A stretch of DNA of 64,000 nucleotides, from contig NC_086373.1 of the NCBI RefSeq assembly GCF_036588685.1, forward strand, positions 38,006,001 through 38,070,000, given 5' to 3'. The first letter of the stretch is position 1, and each line of letters opens with the position of its first letter. The translations under genes and the position numbers were made by a program. Origin of the DNA: Mytilus trossulus. Its lineage: Eukaryota. Positions 61,820-64,000 of this stretch are shown here, one piece after another. A model generated the notes under the pieces. It had not been told where the DNA came from, did no database searches, and saw only the letters and a program-made list of their open reading frames with translations.

Positions 61820-62786
61820 AAACCAGGTGCTCCGCAGGGCGTAGCTTAATACGACCACAGATGTCGATCCCTAAACAGTTGGGGCAAGTATGGACACAAC
61901 ATTCAAACTTGATACAGCTCTGCAGTTGGATTGTGATCAATTTTTTGACATAATATGAGTTTCTGACACAAAACAAATGTCAAGATCTTACAAAGCTATT
62001 GCCCAATATTGTGCGATTGAAGATTTCTTCTTCAAACTTTTCAAAAATTTGGAATTTGAGAAAAGAATTGAAAAACTATTACCCCCCCCCCCCCCCCCCC
62101 CACCCCCTTGTTTGCAATTAGTCCAAAACCTGACATTTCTGTAAACATAATTTAAAAGTAGTGTACTGGAGGTAAATCCGAACATACCCCAAATTGTATG
62201 TTAAATATTTTTGAGTTACCTCCCTTACACTGCTTTTAAATGGTCTAATTGTCCATTGACCAAGAACCTATTTTTCCCCCTAATTCCCAAACTTTTTGAG
62301 CCATTACTCCAAAGTCAATACTAACCATCCCTTCATGGTATGGAAACTTGTGGTATAATTTCAGAAAGATTCATACACTTGAATAGCTAAAAAAGTTATT
62401 CTTTGAAAACTGCTTATTTGGGCCCCCTTTTTGGCACGTAATTCCTAAACCCTTGGGACCATAACCCCAAAATTCAATCCAAACCTTTTACCTATGGTAT
62501 TAAACAAGTGCAAATGAAATACTATTACACAATTTGATATCCTGAAAGTAGAAAAATACTTGTTTGGCCATTTTTGGGCCCCTAAATCCAAAACGGTTTG
62601 GACCATCATCCCCAAAGTCAATCCCAATCTTCCTTTTGATGTATTAAAACTTTTTATAAAATTTCATAGAGATCCATTTACTTAAATTAAAGTTATTGTC
62701 CGGACACCAAATGTGTCTTCGGACGACGACGCAGACGACATTCTACCATTATACGAACGCAAAATGTTTTTGCGGTCGTATAAAAA
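61820..62786 (-). mobile_element. Non-autonomous Helentron (HINE-like), second family
   Basis: Minus strand starts TTTTTATACGACCGCAAAA..TTTTGCG.TCGTATA palindrome + GTC repeats; ends GGTCGTAT subterminal IR, GC-rich hairpin-like stretch, CTGGTTT. Confidence 0.7.
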
Positions 62787-64000
62787 CATGCTTTCTCAGA
62801 TTTAAGTTTCAATCAGAGCACATCCAACGGTGTTAATGTAAAGACATAATAAACGATATGAGTTACGCTTTCATGACCTTGTGCAATGCCAAACTATAAG
62901 TGGATCGTATTTAATTTTACGGGCTCTATAAACAACATCACCGTTCTGCTATCCCATTTCAATAATAATTCAACTGGTGCGACCAAGCATTCAAACTGAC
63001 AAATTATTTGTTATTATGGAAAAATTTCGGAAGGTACGAGTTTTATTGTAAGTAACGAAATCAGTTGCTTAATTTTTCGCCAGGTGTATGCATAAATTTC
63101 GCTCATTGAAATTTATAACATCCTTACAGACACGGGCGTGGCAAACGAGTTGTGATATGTAAACAAAGTAGGATGGGCCAGCAGTTTTTGTGCCAATTGA
63201 CATAACATTATCGCCAACAATGAGTCAACATTAAAATTTACGGCCAGTTTTTGTAATTAAATTTTAATCAGACGCACACCACCCTTCAGTCTTTGCTCTC
63301 ATTCTACGTTATTTGTTTATCACTTTTAAACATTAATAGAGGCAGTTTAAATAAAGCATTATTTACACGATTAGATTGTACTGGTTACCGGAACTTTGGA
63401 TTCACCAAACCTGGTACCGAGTCTTCATAACTGAGAAACAGCCAATATATGCCCACAATTTATTGATTCATTTAAACATGTTTGTATCATTCAACATCCC
63501 TAGTTATTAATTTGATACCTTAATTATCAAAATATATTTTACATACTGATATGCGTAAGAACTATTTTTTTGGAAATTTTATTAAGGTTTATTAACCAAC
63601 TATGTACATTAATTATTGCCAAAAATGCCTGTTTACTATTTACCCTAACTGGGCTAAATACAGACAAACTGGGCATTAATACAGGGTCATTACAGAAAAA
63701 CAGGGCCATTACAGAAAAAAACAGTGTTAATATCAAATATAATAAATGTAACCTGGCCGCTGATTTTCAAATATAGGAATCACTGTTCATCCTGTTTTTC
63801 AACACATAACATATCTTGGATATTTGGTATGTTGAAAGCTTTATGATGGTGAAGTGCCAATTATTTTTTTCTAACTAAACTATCAATAAAACAGTAAGAG
63901 AGGACATCAAGTTGGCAGCAACACATACACTTTTGTACAGTTGGTTGATAAATGTATTAAGTAATGAGTGTTTTTATAGTGGCCCTGTTATATGTCCTCG

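Overview
AT-rich eukaryotic (animal) DNA with GT-AG introns, most likely from a mussel of the genus Mytilus. That is an inference from a captured protamine-like PL-III/phi-1 sequence and bivalve-type repeats. (1) 431-44926 (+) is the internal/3' part of a multi-exon gene for an extracellular protein. Phase-compatible exons encode VWD, C8, TIL and a Cys-rich module. They are followed by a ~1.97-kb tandem array of 12 units, each with two symmetric phase-1 Ig-domain exons (A 306 nt, B 309 nt). The array is homogenised in its centre and decays at its 3' edge. (2) The last array intron holds a nested stack: an Academ-type DNA transposon (34365-43372) interrupted by a young, defective BEL/Pao LTR retrotransposon (36772-41037, CTGAT TSD). 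In that retrotransposon, RT/RNaseH/integrase have been replaced by a sperm protamine-like PL-III sequence fused in frame to gag-protease. The same intron also has a TTAA MITE and a minimal hammerhead-ribozyme motif. (3) Other introns and intergenic DNA contain a Tc1 relic, Helitron/Helentron-type elements, MITEs, minisatellites and hairpins. (4) 57846-59291 (+) is an intronless Shaker/Kv1-type potassium channel with Ser at the S4 R1 position and almost no C-terminal tail. All coordinates and alignments were read by eye and no database search was run.
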